Origin: Clostridia bacterium
GTDB taxonomy: Bacteria; Bacillota; Clostridia; Oscillospirales; CAG-272
Direction: 5' to 3'
Length of the DNA: 64,000 nt
Assembly: GCA_017455975.1 (NCBI GenBank)
Contig: JAFTLK010000039.1
Location: 6,379 to 70,378 of the forward strand
Below are positions 20,683-30,303 of this stretch, in pieces. The notes below the pieces were generated by a model. The model did no database searches, was not told the origin of the DNA, and was given only the letters and a program-made list of their open reading frames with translations. A program made the translations under genes and the position numbers. The first letter of the stretch is position 1; each line of letters starts with the position of its first letter.

Positions 20683-20701
20683 TTGCTAATCCTTTCTGAT
20701 G

Positions 20702-20989
20702 TCACTCTGATGTATCTTCCTGCTCATCCTCATCGGCATGGGCCGTATCCGGCGTACCGTTCAGACGGGCGGTGATGGTTTCGGGCTGCAGGGGACAGAG
20801 AATGACATGACCGGTATCGGCAACCAGCACGGCGCGCGTCTTGCGGCCTGCGGTCACGTCAATGGCACGTCCGTCTTCCTTGGCATCCTGTACCAGTCGC
20901 TTTATGGGAGAGGACTCCGGCGACACGACCGCGACCACACGTGCGGCGGCGATCATATTGCCGTGTCCGATGTTGATAAACATATTCAT
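20702..20989 (-). CDS. remA: DUF370 regulator RemA
   Basis: 95 aa. [50 protein letters not shown] closely matches the RemA family. Conserved yicC-remA-gmk context. Confidence 0.85.
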   Translation of the reverse strand: MNMFINIGHGNMIAAARVVAVVSPESSPIKRLVQDAKEDGRAIDVTAGRKTRAVLVADTGHVILCPLQPETITARLNGTPDTAHADEDEQEDTSE

Positions 20990-20998
20990 AGCTTTGTT

Positions 20999-21886
20999 TT
21001 ACTCGATGTTCTGGATCTGTTCACGGATCTTCTCGATCTCATTTTTCATGCCGATGACGATCTTTGCGATGCGCATGTCATTGGCCTTTGAGCCGATGGT
21101 ATTGGTCTCCCGGTTCATTTCCTGAATGAGGAAATCGAGCTTTCTGCCGATGGGCTCCTCGGAAAGCAGCATTTCGTCAAACGCCTTGAAGTGACTTCTC
21201 AGACGGACCGTCTCCTCATCCACGGCAACCTTGTCCGCAAAGATGGCACATTCGGTGAGAATGCGGGATTCCTCGATATGCAGTTCATGGTCCTCCAGCA
21301 CCTGACGCAGACGCGCCTCCAGCTTTGCGGCATAGCCTGCGGTATCTTCTTTGGAGAGTGCCTCAATTTCCGGCACGCACGCCTCCAGCGCAGCCTTCTT
21401 TGCGCAGATATCCTCACGCAGGCGCTCACCCTCTGCTTCCCGCATGGCAAGGAATGCATCAACGGCATCGGACAGAACCGCACAGACATCCTGCCAATCA
21501 CCCTCGGTATCTTCCTCAGGCTTGGTCACAGCGAAGATATCGCGGTTGGAGGCAACGCGCATGACGGAAATGTCGTCCTTGAGATCAAACATATCGCGCA
21601 GACGGTACAGCGCGTCGATATAACTCTTTGTATATGCCTCATCCAGTGCGACGGTCACGCCCTGTGTGTCGATCAGATCGACATTGACATAGATATCGAT
21701 TTTGCCGCGGTTAATGCCGCGCTCCTTGATATAGGACTTGATGCGTTCCTCCAAGAAGCCCCATAGACGGGAGATCTTGACGGAGCAATCGAAATAACGG
21801 TTGTTGACGGACTTGACCTCGACGGTAATATCCTTGCCGCCGCGCTGTGCCTTTGCACGTCCGTATGCGGTCATTGAACGGATCAT
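20999..21886 (-). CDS. yicC: YicC/YloC family endoribonuclease
   Basis: 295 aa. MIRSMTAYGRA N-terminus, SVNNRYFD, and a C-terminal EMNRETNTIGSKAND block. Confidence 0.85.
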   Translation of the reverse strand: MIRSMTAYGRAKAQRGGKDITVEVKSVNNRYFDCSVKISRLWGFLEERIKSYIKERGINRGKIDIYVNVDLIDTQGVTVALDEAYTKSYIDALYRLRDMFDLKDDISVMRVASNRDIFAVTKPEEDTEGDWQDVCAVLSDAVDAFLAMREAEGERLREDICAKKAALEACVPEIEALSKEDTAGYAAKLEARLRQVLEDHELHIEESRILTECAIFADKVAVDEETVRLRSHFKAFDEMLLSEEPIGRKLDFLIQEMNRETNTIGSKANDMRIAKIVIGMKNEIEKIREQIQNIE

Positions 21887-21944
21887 ATGCGTTCGGATGC
21901 CTCCTTGATTGATGCGGTATATTTTTTAGAGATAGATATATAAT

Positions 21945-21973
21945 ATTGTACTCCGAAATCATCCGTTTGTCAA
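21945..21973 (-). promoter_or_regulatory. candidate sigma-A promoter for the yicC operon
   Basis: On the minus strand: TTGACA (21968-21973), a 17-nt spacer, then TACAAT (21945-21950). Confidence 0.5.
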
Positions 21974-22064
21974 CTTTTTCTTCAAAATATTATATAAATA
22001 TTAACACTTTCTTCCGTTTTGACGCGTTTTTGAAAATAAATATTGGGAAATTGCCTCCATCCTC

Positions 22065-22093
22065 TTGACAAGTTCACAAAAATACATTAAAAT
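22065..22093 (+). promoter_or_regulatory. candidate sigma-A promoter for rny
   Basis: TTGACA (22065-22070), a 17-nt spacer, then TAAAAT (22088-22093). It leaves a leader of about 170 nt. Confidence 0.5.
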
Positions 22094-22265
22094 AGATATG
22101 TTATAGAATGCCATACGAATGCCCTCTTCATTTTTGCCGAAAAACTTTTTTTGCGAGATGGTACCGCAGAATCGGTTGGCAGAGGATCGGGAATGCAATA
22201 TGGCGCTGTGACGACCTTTTCATTCGTATCCGAATCATATTTTATCAAACAAGGAGGAAATACAG

Positions 22266-23807
22266 ATGCATTATGTATTTTACCCCTTGGTTGCTGTGAT
22301 TTGTCTCGCCATCGGCGTGCTTGGCGGTTACATCATCCGCCGGCGCATCGGCGAAGCTGCCATCGGTTCTGCGGAAGCAAAAGCGCAGTCGATCATTGAA
22401 GAAGCTGAAAAGCTCGGTGAGACAAAGAAAAAAGAGGCTCTGATTGAAGCGAAGGAGGAAATCCTCCGGAACAAGAATGAAACCGAGCGGGAACTGAAGG
22501 AACGCCGTGCGGAGATCTCCCGTCTGGAGCGCAAGAACGCCCAGAAGGAAGAAGCACTCGATCGCAAGCACGAAGCCATCGACCGCAAGGAAGAAGCTTT
22601 GAACAGAAAGATGAAAGAGAACACCGAGGCCGCAGAGGAAATCGAACGTCTCAAAGCACAGGAGATCACCGTGCTTGAGCAGCTTTCCGGTCTGACGGTC
22701 GCGGATGCAAAGAACGAGCTCGTCTCCAAAATTGAGGAAGAAGCTAAGCTCGACGCTGCAAAGCGTGTCATCGAAATCGAACAGCAGTCAAGAGAAGAAG
22801 CAGACGCAAAAGCAACAAACATCATCACACTCGCGATCCAGCGGCTTTCTGCCGATATGGTCTCCGAGGCAACCGTATCCGTCGTCAACCTTCCCAACGA
22901 CGAAATGAAGGGCCGAATCATCGGTCGTGAGGGCAGAAATATCCGTACCATTGAAACGCTGACCGGTGTCGATCTGATCATCGACGATATGCCGGAGGCG
23001 ATCACACTGTCCAGCTTCGACCCGATCCGCCGTGAGGTTGCACGTCTTGCTCTCGAAAAGCTCATTGCGGACGGCCGCATTCATCCCGCGCGCATTGAGG
23101 AAATGGTGGAGAAATCCCGCCGTGAAGTTGATGCCATCATCAAACAGGCCGGCGAACGTGCCGTCTTTGAGGTCGGTATTCACGGCATCAATGCCGAAAT
23201 GGTTCGCCTGCTCGGCCGCCTGAAGTTCCGTACAAGCTACGGTCAGAACGTGCTCAACCACTCCATTGAGGTCGCACTCCTCTCCGGCATGATTGCCGAT
23301 GAGCTCGGTGTTGATTCCGTACTTGCAAAGCGTGCAGGTCTTCTGCATGATATCGGTAAGGCGCTGACACAGGAGGTCGAAGGCTCCCACGTTCAGCTCG
23401 GTGTTGATATCGCACGCAAGTACAAGGAAAACAAGGAAGTCATTCATGCCATTGAGGCACACCACGGCGATGTTGAGCCGCAGACTCTGACTGCACTCAT
23501 CGTCGATGCAGCAGACGATCTGTCCGCTGCACGCCCCGGTGCACGCCGCGAGGATCTGGAAAACTACATCAAGCGTCTGCAGAAGCTCGAGGAAATTGCC
23601 GGCAGCTTCCCGGGCGTTGACAAGACCTTTGCCATCCAGGCAGGCCGCGAAATCCGCATTATGGTCAAGCCGGAAGAGGTTTCCGACGATCGTATGGTGC
23701 TTGTCGCAAAGGACATCGTCAAGAAGATCGAGGCGGAGCTGGAATATCCCGGCCAGATCAAGGTCAGCCTGATCCGCGAAAGCCGCGCCATCGACTACGC
23801 AAAGTAA
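22266..23807 (+). CDS. rny: ribonuclease Y
   Basis: 513 aa. N-terminal TM helix, a long Glu/Lys coiled coil, a KH domain ([12 protein letters not shown]) and an HD domain (LLHDIGKA). Confidence 0.95.
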   Translation: MHYVFYPLVAVICLAIGVLGGYIIRRRIGEAAIGSAEAKAQSIIEEAEKLGETKKKEALIEAKEEILRNKNETERELKERRAEISRLERKNAQKEEALDRKHEAIDRKEEALNRKMKENTEAAEEIERLKAQEITVLEQLSGLTVADAKNELVSKIEEEAKLDAAKRVIEIEQQSREEADAKATNIITLAIQRLSADMVSEATVSVVNLPNDEMKGRIIGREGRNIRTIETLTGVDLIIDDMPEAITLSSFDPIRREVARLALEKLIADGRIHPARIEEMVEKSRREVDAIIKQAGERAVFEVGIHGINAEMVRLLGRLKFRTSYGQNVLNHSIEVALLSGMIADELGVDSVLAKRAGLLHDIGKALTQEVEGSHVQLGVDIARKYKENKEVIHAIEAHHGDVEPQTLTALIVDAADDLSAARPGARREDLENYIKRLQKLEEIAGSFPGVDKTFAIQAGREIRIMVKPEEVSDDRMVLVAKDIVKKIEAELEYPGQIKVSLIRESRAIDYAK

Positions 23808-23866
23808 TCCCATACGGCAGTCCTTTTTGTGGCTGCTGCCACAAAGAAGATCACGCAAGCAGACCC

Positions 23867-23921
23867 AAAGGACTGTCCCGTTCGATGACGATCATCGGAC
23901 GGCAGTCCTTTACTCTTTTTT
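23867..23921 (+). terminator. intrinsic terminator (possibly regulated) between rny and ymdB
   Basis: AAAGGACTGTCCCGT (23867-23881) pairs with ACGGCAGTCCTTT (23899-23911) around an internal palindrome CGATGACGATCATCG. It is followed by ACTC and TTTTTT (23916-21). Confidence 0.6.
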
Positions 23922-23952
23922 CATACCCAATTTCCGCATGAAAGGAATCCCA

Positions 23953-24741
23953 ATGAGCCAGATCCGCATTCTCACGATCGGCGATGTCGTCGGTCCCGCA
24001 GCACTCGAGAAGTTATCCACAGCCCTGTTTCCATTGAAAAACGAATATAAAGCCGATTTCGTCGTCGTCAACGGTGAAAATGCAGCCCCCGGCAACGGCA
24101 TTGATGTTCCTTCCGCCAAAACCCTGCTGTTCTCCGGCACCGATGTCATCACAACCGGCAATCATATATGGCAGAAGAAAGACATCCGTGATTTTCTCTG
24201 CGACAGCGAGCAGATCATCCGTCCCGCAAATTTTCCGCCGTCCTGTCCGGGTGCCGGATATACGGTACGCGACTGTCTTGGGTGGCGGGTGCTTGTCATC
24301 AATGTCATGGGCACCATCTACATGGAAGCGCTGGAGTCCCCGTTTGCGGCGGTTGACCGCATTTTAGAGCGGGAACGCGGACGGTACGATCTCGCCATAC
24401 TTGATATCCATGCGGAGGCAACCAGCGAGAAGATCGCGCTGGGTCATTATTTCGACGGACGCATTTCCGTCATCATCGGCACGCACACACACGTCCCGAC
24501 CGCCGATCTGCGCATCCTGCCGGGCGGATCCGGATACATCACCGACCTTGGCATGGTGGGACCGGAGGAAAGTGTGCTCGGTATCAAGACAGACATCATC
24601 ATCGAAAAGCTCACAACCAAAATGCCGGTGCGCTTTGAGGTCGCTGACGGACCGCTCATGCTCTGCGGCGCGTGCTTTACCTTCGACACGGAGAAAAAGT
24701 GCGTAACAGAGGTACAGCAGATCATCCGGCGGTATCCGTAA
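23953..24741 (+). CDS. ymdB: YmdB-family metallophosphoesterase (2',3'-cyclic-nucleotide phosphodiesterase)
   Basis: MSQIRILTIGDVVG start, GENAAPGNG and GNHIW motifs. AAAGGAA RBS 6 nt upstream of the ATG at 23953. Conserved rny-ymdB pairing. Confidence 0.88.
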   Translation: MSQIRILTIGDVVGPAALEKLSTALFPLKNEYKADFVVVNGENAAPGNGIDVPSAKTLLFSGTDVITTGNHIWQKKDIRDFLCDSEQIIRPANFPPSCPGAGYTVRDCLGWRVLVINVMGTIYMEALESPFAAVDRILERERGRYDLAILDIHAEATSEKIALGHYFDGRISVIIGTHTHVPTADLRILPGGSGYITDLGMVGPEESVLGIKTDIIIEKLTTKMPVRFEVADGPLMLCGACFTFDTEKKCVTEVQQIIRRYP

Positions 24742-24878
24742 TTCCAAAGCCGGATGTTCCTTCGGGCGATTCATGAATCGCCCCTACAATCCATCATAAC
24801 GCCTTTTTATCCACTTGAACAATTCATCAACCACCAAATTCATCTGATAGATATTCATCAAAGAAAGGAATGTATGTT

Positions 24879-25352
24879 ATGTTTGAAAACGAAAAAATCA
24901 GTATGACCATCCTGCGCCAGAAGAACATCGCACTCATCGCACACGACTCCAAAAAGCGCGATATGATCGATTGGTGCATGAAAAACAAGAATATTCTCGA
25001 ACGTCATTTTCTCTGCGGCACCGGAACGACCGCGCGCATGGTAGCTGAGGAAACCGGTCTGCCTGTCCGCGGCTACAACTCCGGTCCGCTCGGCGGCGAC
25101 CAGCAGATCGGTGCGCGTATCGTTGACGGCAAGATCGACCTTGTGATCTTCTTCTCCGACCCGCTTGCGGCACAGCCTCATGACCCCGACGTCAAGGCGC
25201 TGCTCCGTATCGCGCAGGTCTATGACATCCCGATTGCCAACAACCGCGCAACGGCAGACTTCATCATCACCTCGGAATACATGAACTCCGAGTATACACA
25301 CGATATCATCAATTTCCGCAAGAACATCGAAGACCGCGCGAACACGCTTTAA
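24879..25352 (+). CDS. mgsA: methylglyoxal synthase
   Basis: IALIAHDSKKRDM, GTGTTARMV, GPLGGDQQIGA and DPLAAQPHDPDV motifs. In-frame ATGs at 24870, 24879 and 24900; 24879 has the best RBS spacing. Confidence 0.9.
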   Translation: MFENEKISMTILRQKNIALIAHDSKKRDMIDWCMKNKNILERHFLCGTGTTARMVAEETGLPVRGYNSGPLGGDQQIGARIVDGKIDLVIFFSDPLAAQPHDPDVKALLRIAQVYDIPIANNRATADFIITSEYMNSEYTHDIINFRKNIEDRANTL

Positions 25353-25359
25353 GATTATC

Positions 25360-26043
25360 ATGAAATATACAACACTTTTGTTCGATTTGGACGGCACTCT
25401 GCTTGACACCCTTTCCGATCTGCATCTTGCCGTTTTTCATGCGCTGCACGCATTCAATATGCCGCAGAGGTCCTTGGACGAGGTCCGGATGATGGTCGGT
25501 AACGGCATCAAAAAACTGATTGACCGCGCAGTTCCCGACGGCACACCGCCGGAAATCACGGCAAAGGTTCTCGAAGTCTTCCGCGATTATTACAGCCAAA
25601 ACAGCCGCATCAAAACGGCTCCGTATGACGGAATCCTCGCCGCCCTGAAGCTGTTATCCGGGAAAGGCTATAAAATAGCGGTCATCTCCAACAAGATTGA
25701 TTCCGCTGTCAAGGAGCTGAACCGCGACTTTTTCGCAGAGTATATCCCGGTTGCCATCGGAGACAGGGAAGGGATGCGCAAAAAGCCTGCGCCGGATTCG
25801 CTCTATGAAGCGATGAAACTGCTCGGCTCGAAAAAGGAAGAATGCATCTACATCGGCGACTCCGATGTAGACATTGAAACCGCCCAAAATGCCGGAATCC
25901 CGTGCATCGGATGCGCGTGGGGCTTCCGCGGACGCGATTTTCTGCGCGTGCACGGGCTGGACGACGCATGGATTCTTGAACAGCCGACGGAGATTCCCCA
26001 ATTTTTAGAAACATTGGAAGAGAAAGATATCGAATCCGTTTGA
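25360..26043 (+). CDS. HAD-superfamily phosphatase (phosphoglycolate phosphatase-like)
   Basis: 227 aa. DLDGTLLDT motif I, ISNK motif II and GDSDVDIETAQNAG motif IV. Confidence 0.8.
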   Translation: MKYTTLLFDLDGTLLDTLSDLHLAVFHALHAFNMPQRSLDEVRMMVGNGIKKLIDRAVPDGTPPEITAKVLEVFRDYYSQNSRIKTAPYDGILAALKLLSGKGYKIAVISNKIDSAVKELNRDFFAEYIPVAIGDREGMRKKPAPDSLYEAMKLLGSKKEECIYIGDSDVDIETAQNAGIPCIGCAWGFRGRDFLRVHGLDDAWILEQPTEIPQFLETLEEKDIESV

Positions 26044-26060
26044 ATGAACACAAAATGATC

Positions 26061-26187
26061 GGTACTTATTTGTGTGCATGGACAGTCGAGGACTTTGCCT
26101 ATCATGACAAGTACCTTGTCACGGACAGTCGAGGACTTTGCCTATCATGACAAGTACCTTGTCATGGACAGTCGAGGACGCCTGTCC
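26061..26187. repeat. decaying tandem array of a 43-bp unit, each unit containing a 17-19-bp palindrome
   Basis: Two full units (26080-26122 and 26123-26165) differ at a single base. They are flanked by a degenerate partial copy on each side. The core palindrome is (A)TGACAAG-TAC-CTTGTCA(T). Confidence 0.85.
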
Positions 26188-26265
26188 CTACATGATATTA
26201 AAACATTCTGCATTGATCAGCAAGTATTTTTTCAAAAAATTCATCAATAGAAAGGATTTTTTGCC

Positions 26266-27414
26266 ATGAGTGAACTGTATTTCGGACGCGGAAACGCCTC
26301 CATGCGTGACGATTATCTCGATTTTATCAACCTGGTCTTCGGCTTCAACGGCAACGACCGCGATTTTCTCAAAATGTATCCGAATCTGTACAAGGCGGAA
26401 TACGATCCGTGCTATAACAACTTTATCGCGCTGGAGGACGGAAAATTCCGCGCTGCCATCGGTGTATATCCGCGCACATTTTCCGTCATGGGTGAAACAC
26501 TGTTATCTCACGGCATCGGCAATGTCGCAGTACATCCGTATCATCGCTCCAAGGGCTACATGATTAAGTTGATGAATATGGCGCTGGATGACATGGTCGC
26601 CGCAGGTGCGGACTTCTCCGATCTCGGCGGTCTGCGTCAGCGGTATCAGTATTTCGGATATGACAATGCCGGCTGCAACCGCGTTTTCTCGATCGGTCAC
26701 ACCAACATCCGCCACTGTTTCCCGAATGCCGAAGCACCGCGTGTATACATCAAGCAGATTTTTGCCGATGATCCGATGCTTGACGACGTTTATGCATTAT
26801 ATGAACAAAAGATCGTACACACCTGCCGTCTGCGTGAACAGCTGTATGATATCATGCGGGAAGTCTTTGTCATTCTTCGACGTGAAGATGACAGCTTCTG
26901 CGGCTTCTGCGGAGACGGTCTTTCCGGTCTGACGCTCGTTTCGGCGGATGATTTCTACGATACTGTTCGTGCATATCTGGAAAATCACGACCATATTGAC
27001 ATTGTTCTCCCGCCGTATGAAACCGAACTGATCGCCCTTGCTCACCGCATCTGCGGCAGCTGCAGAATCAACTCCGCTGTCAAAATCGCGGTCTTCCGCT
27101 TCCGTCGGATTCTCACCGCCTATCTGAAGCTGAAAGCAGCGACAGAAGGTCTGGTTGACGGCGTCCGTCAGTATACGGTTGAGGGAATCCGCGGTGTCGG
27201 AGGCACGACTGTCAGCGAATCCTTCCGCATTGTTGTGAAAGACGGGGCTGTCACGCTCACGGACATTGACGACGCTGCTCCCGTGACCGTGCTTCCGTAC
27301 AAAGAAGCGATTCCGTTCTTCTTTGATCTCGCTGCTCCTATGCGCTGCTGTGATCCCGTGGCTTCTCAGTGGTTCCCGCTGCCGGTCAATATCGATGGAT
27401 GTGACCATGTATAA
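26266..27414 (+). CDS. GNAT acetyltransferase with a C-terminal SCP2-like domain (Eis-like architecture)
   Basis: 382 aa. GIGNVAVHPYHRSKGYMIKLMNMALDDMVAAGADFSDLGG is a typical GNAT acetyl-CoA loop. The long C-terminal extension is as in Eis-type enzymes. Confidence 0.7.
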   Translation: MSELYFGRGNASMRDDYLDFINLVFGFNGNDRDFLKMYPNLYKAEYDPCYNNFIALEDGKFRAAIGVYPRTFSVMGETLLSHGIGNVAVHPYHRSKGYMIKLMNMALDDMVAAGADFSDLGGLRQRYQYFGYDNAGCNRVFSIGHTNIRHCFPNAEAPRVYIKQIFADDPMLDDVYALYEQKIVHTCRLREQLYDIMREVFVILRREDDSFCGFCGDGLSGLTLVSADDFYDTVRAYLENHDHIDIVLPPYETELIALAHRICGSCRINSAVKIAVFRFRRILTAYLKLKAATEGLVDGVRQYTVEGIRGVGGTTVSESFRIVVKDGAVTLTDIDDAAPVTVLPYKEAIPFFFDLAAPMRCCDPVASQWFPLPVNIDGCDHV

Positions 27415-27428
27415 GGAGATCAACTTCC

Positions 27429-28001
27429 ATGCGTGACAACATTCCCGAACTCATCTTCCAGACCCGCGCCGATTTTCGTGTTTGGCTTTTTGATAACGCA
27501 GACTCATCCGAAGGCGTTTATCTGATCTTCGGAAAGAAGAAATCCCTCCCGACAGTCAAAGCGACGGAAGCCCTTGAGGAAGCGTTGTGCTTTGGTTGGA
27601 TCGATGGTGTTATGGAAGCGATTGATGACACAAAATACCGCAAATATTTTGCACCGCGCCGTCCAAAAAGTGTCTGGTCAGTAAAGAATAAAAAGATCGT
27701 GGAATCCCTGCGTGAACGCGGACTTATGACCGATCGCGGAGAACGTATCATTTCGATTTCTGTTGAAAACGGAAAATGGGACGAACGCTCCGAGGAAAGA
27801 GAACAAGCGCTCATTGACACACTGCGCGAAAAGCTCACGACACATCCTGCGGCATTGGAAGCCTTCTGCGCGCTGCCGCCGTCAACACAGCTTGCCGAGG
27901 CGCGGTGGTATCAGAACTACAAATCTGAAGAACGCAGAGAAGCCACATTCCGTGAAATCGTGGAAAAGCTGGAACAAGGTAACACGAAAATCAAAATGTG
28001 A
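27429..28001 (+). CDS. YdeI/OmpD-associated family protein
   Basis: 190 aa. EEALCFGWIDGVMEAIDDTKYRKYFAPRRPKSVWSVKNKK is the family signature. AAGGAGA RBS. Confidence 0.75.
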   Translation: MRDNIPELIFQTRADFRVWLFDNADSSEGVYLIFGKKKSLPTVKATEALEEALCFGWIDGVMEAIDDTKYRKYFAPRRPKSVWSVKNKKIVESLRERGLMTDRGERIISISVENGKWDERSEEREQALIDTLREKLTTHPAALEAFCALPPSTQLAEARWYQNYKSEERREATFREIVEKLEQGNTKIKM

Positions 28002-28016
28002 TCATCACTTTCATAC

Positions 28017-28068
28017 AAAAACACCGCAGATCGGAATGCAATCCGTTTCTGCGGTGTCATTATTTTTG
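28017..28068. terminator. bidirectional intrinsic terminator between convergent genes
   Basis: ACACCGCAGA (28021-28030) pairs with TCTGCGGTGT (28048-28057). AAAAA lies upstream and TTATTTTT downstream. Confidence 0.75.
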
Positions 28069-28069
28069 C

Positions 28070-30157
28070 TTAGTTTTCTCCGAATACCGGCGTTTCCGAC
28101 ATGGTAAAGACCATTTCACCGCCGCCCATCATTTCTCTGACGGATACCGTAAAATCTTCACACATTTTTCCGTTGAAGCAAACAGATTTGGTGTAAATTC
28201 CGCGTCCTTCGCGGCGGATGATCAGATCCTTTTCGGGAACACCGGGAAGGTGCATCAATGTTTTTTCAAAACGGGGTGTTCCGCAGATCATAATATCAAA
28301 GCCGCTGATCGGAAACAGTCCGATGACATTCCAAAGGTAACAGGAGGACAATCCGCCGGAATCATTGTTTCCGGGAAGACCGCCGCGTCCTGTTGTAAAC
28401 ATCGAAACAACGCCATCATGGAGGATCTCGCAGTACATATCACGGTCAAGATAATGGACAAACGCAGGTGCTTCCATATCTGACTCATTGTTATACCCTT
28501 CAAACCGGCAGGAAACATCCTCCGGATGTGTATAACCGAAGAATCGTTTTACCAGATTCAGATAATTTTCTTTTCCATATCGTTCAATTCTCTGCGGCGT
28601 ATCGGGCAGCGGACGGAAAGAATAGTTATAGCAGCTGCCTTCATAATATGCTGCTTCCGCCGGCAAAAGACCGTCATTGACATACAGATCGATATGTCGC
28701 TCTGCAACAGCTTCAAACCGGACCTTATACTCCTGTTCTCCCATTTCATCCGCAAGCTGTGCCATAGATGCATGTGCACAGGCGACATCTACCGCATGCG
28801 CCGGAGAGCAAAGCGGTGTACCATTCAGAAAATCTTCCGTATAATGAGATGCATCCTGCGCCGAAAGCGTCAGAAGCTTCTTATAATCAGCGGGAATTCC
28901 TCTGTAATAAGCGTCCGCAACTGTCATCTCTGCCAGCATTGCAGCCTGATTCAGGCAGGTATCCAACTGATCCGAAAGCATCAGACAATGCGGCATCCGT
29001 CCCTGTAATTCGCAGAATCGGCGATATGTTTCAAGAATTTTTCCGGTCATTTCGGGATACAGCGTAAACACCAGCGGAAGCTGTGTCTTGTAGATATCCC
29101 ACATGGTTGAGAAATCAGCGATAAACGGCGTGTTTTCATTACCGTTCTCATAATATCCGTCTATAAATGACTCTCCCGTCATATCAGCCGGTTTGACAAG
29201 AGAATGATACAGATTGGAATAGAAGATCTCCTTTTCACGCTCATCCTCACAGGTAATTTCGATCTTCGACAGTGCACGGTTCCAGGTTTCATATGCAGAA
29301 GCAGCAATTTCATCAAATTCCCGTTTTTCTGCCGCAAGACTTGCAAGTGCCTGTTCCATGCTTCTGTTTGAAGCTGCAAGCTTCACATGATGAATCCCGC
29401 CCGTACTGTAATGAAAACATCCGACCGTCGGTGTATGACTGAATTCCGTACGTTCGATTTCCTTGATTCCGTCCGCACGTTCGCCGATATAGGCATCGTC
29501 TGCTTCATCGCTGACAACGACAAAAAACCACGGGATTCCGCGGAGGATTACCTCAGCACGGAGCTCATTTGCAGATACTGCATATACCTTACCGCGTGAT
29601 ACCTCCTTTGGGTCCGGCTGATACAATCCGTCATGCGTAAAGTTGATCGCAATATTGGTATCATCGTCTCCAACGGTATACCGATGCATCACCGCATACT
29701 CCGATACCGTACATTCCATTCCGAATCCGGGAATCTTGCAGGAATAATAACCGGGACGCGCCTGTTCATCGAGGACCTTTCTCATGGAAAAATCAGGCGT
29801 TCCGCCGCTTCCGGGTGACGTCAGAGCATAGTTATAGTAAACACCGATCGTTCCGGTACCGCTCTGATGAAAATGGGAAAGTCCGACAAAAGGCATTTCA
29901 TCAAACAAGTAATTGATCGGACCGCCGCAGTTCACACTATGCTTTCCGTAACCGGTCGGATAGCCGGTTGAATGCAGACAGCATGAATATTTTCCGAACG
30001 GCAGCTGTGCTCCGGGATGCGTATTTCCGCAGATCGCCTTAATGAAGTACCATGTTTTCGCGCTCCCCTGCGGTGTCGGAAGATCGATCTCTCCGTTTCC
30101 CTGAAATACATTGACATGTGAACAAAAATCGTACATCATAACCACCATAGCTTTCAT
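28070..30157 (-). CDS. GH92-family glycoside hydrolase (alpha-mannosidase-like), no obvious signal peptide
   Basis: 695 aa. N-terminal VNVFQGNG...GNTHPGAQLPFG and C-terminal GGLPGNNDSGGLSSCYLWNVIGLFP match the conserved GH92 blocks. Several alternative ATG starts lie within the first 8 codons. Confidence 0.78.
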   Translation of the reverse strand: MKAMVVMMYDFCSHVNVFQGNGEIDLPTPQGSAKTWYFIKAICGNTHPGAQLPFGKYSCCLHSTGYPTGYGKHSVNCGGPINYLFDEMPFVGLSHFHQSGTGTIGVYYNYALTSPGSGGTPDFSMRKVLDEQARPGYYSCKIPGFGMECTVSEYAVMHRYTVGDDDTNIAINFTHDGLYQPDPKEVSRGKVYAVSANELRAEVILRGIPWFFVVVSDEADDAYIGERADGIKEIERTEFSHTPTVGCFHYSTGGIHHVKLAASNRSMEQALASLAAEKREFDEIAASAYETWNRALSKIEITCEDEREKEIFYSNLYHSLVKPADMTGESFIDGYYENGNENTPFIADFSTMWDIYKTQLPLVFTLYPEMTGKILETYRRFCELQGRMPHCLMLSDQLDTCLNQAAMLAEMTVADAYYRGIPADYKKLLTLSAQDASHYTEDFLNGTPLCSPAHAVDVACAHASMAQLADEMGEQEYKVRFEAVAERHIDLYVNDGLLPAEAAYYEGSCYNYSFRPLPDTPQRIERYGKENYLNLVKRFFGYTHPEDVSCRFEGYNNESDMEAPAFVHYLDRDMYCEILHDGVVSMFTTGRGGLPGNNDSGGLSSCYLWNVIGLFPISGFDIMICGTPRFEKTLMHLPGVPEKDLIIRREGRGIYTKSVCFNGKMCEDFTVSVREMMGGGEMVFTMSETPVFGEN

Positions 30158-30303
30158 TTACATTTTTTGATCAATGCAGACCGGTCCGGCATCGCAAATA
30201 CGCTGCAGCAAAACCGGTGTAAAAAAAGGATTCTGCCATTCCGTTCTTTCTCAAAGCAGCAAAGTGCCGCCGCAATCGTTTCATGCAGCAGCACTTCTTT
30301 TCA

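Noticed and set aside
22113-22229. Long-range 9-bp complementarity (ATACGAATG / CATTCGTAT) in the ~170-nt rny leader, as a possible structured 5' UTR.
   Set aside because: This is a single 9-bp match that does not extend. I cannot distinguish it from chance without folding energies or covariation.
26080-26180. Whether the 43-bp direct repeats could be a small CRISPR array.
   Set aside because: The repeats are contiguous with no spacers, there are only about 2.4 clean copies, and no cas genes or leader are present. I call it a tandem repeat instead.
26266-30157. Suspected low-GC horizontally acquired islet (GNAT, YdeI, GH92).
   Set aside because: Hand counts of single 60-nt lines gave 40-52% GC here, against 43-62% in gyrA and lepA. 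The ranges overlap, so a compositional shift is not demonstrated. Only the gene content looks accessory. This needs a proper sliding-window GC and codon-usage calculation.
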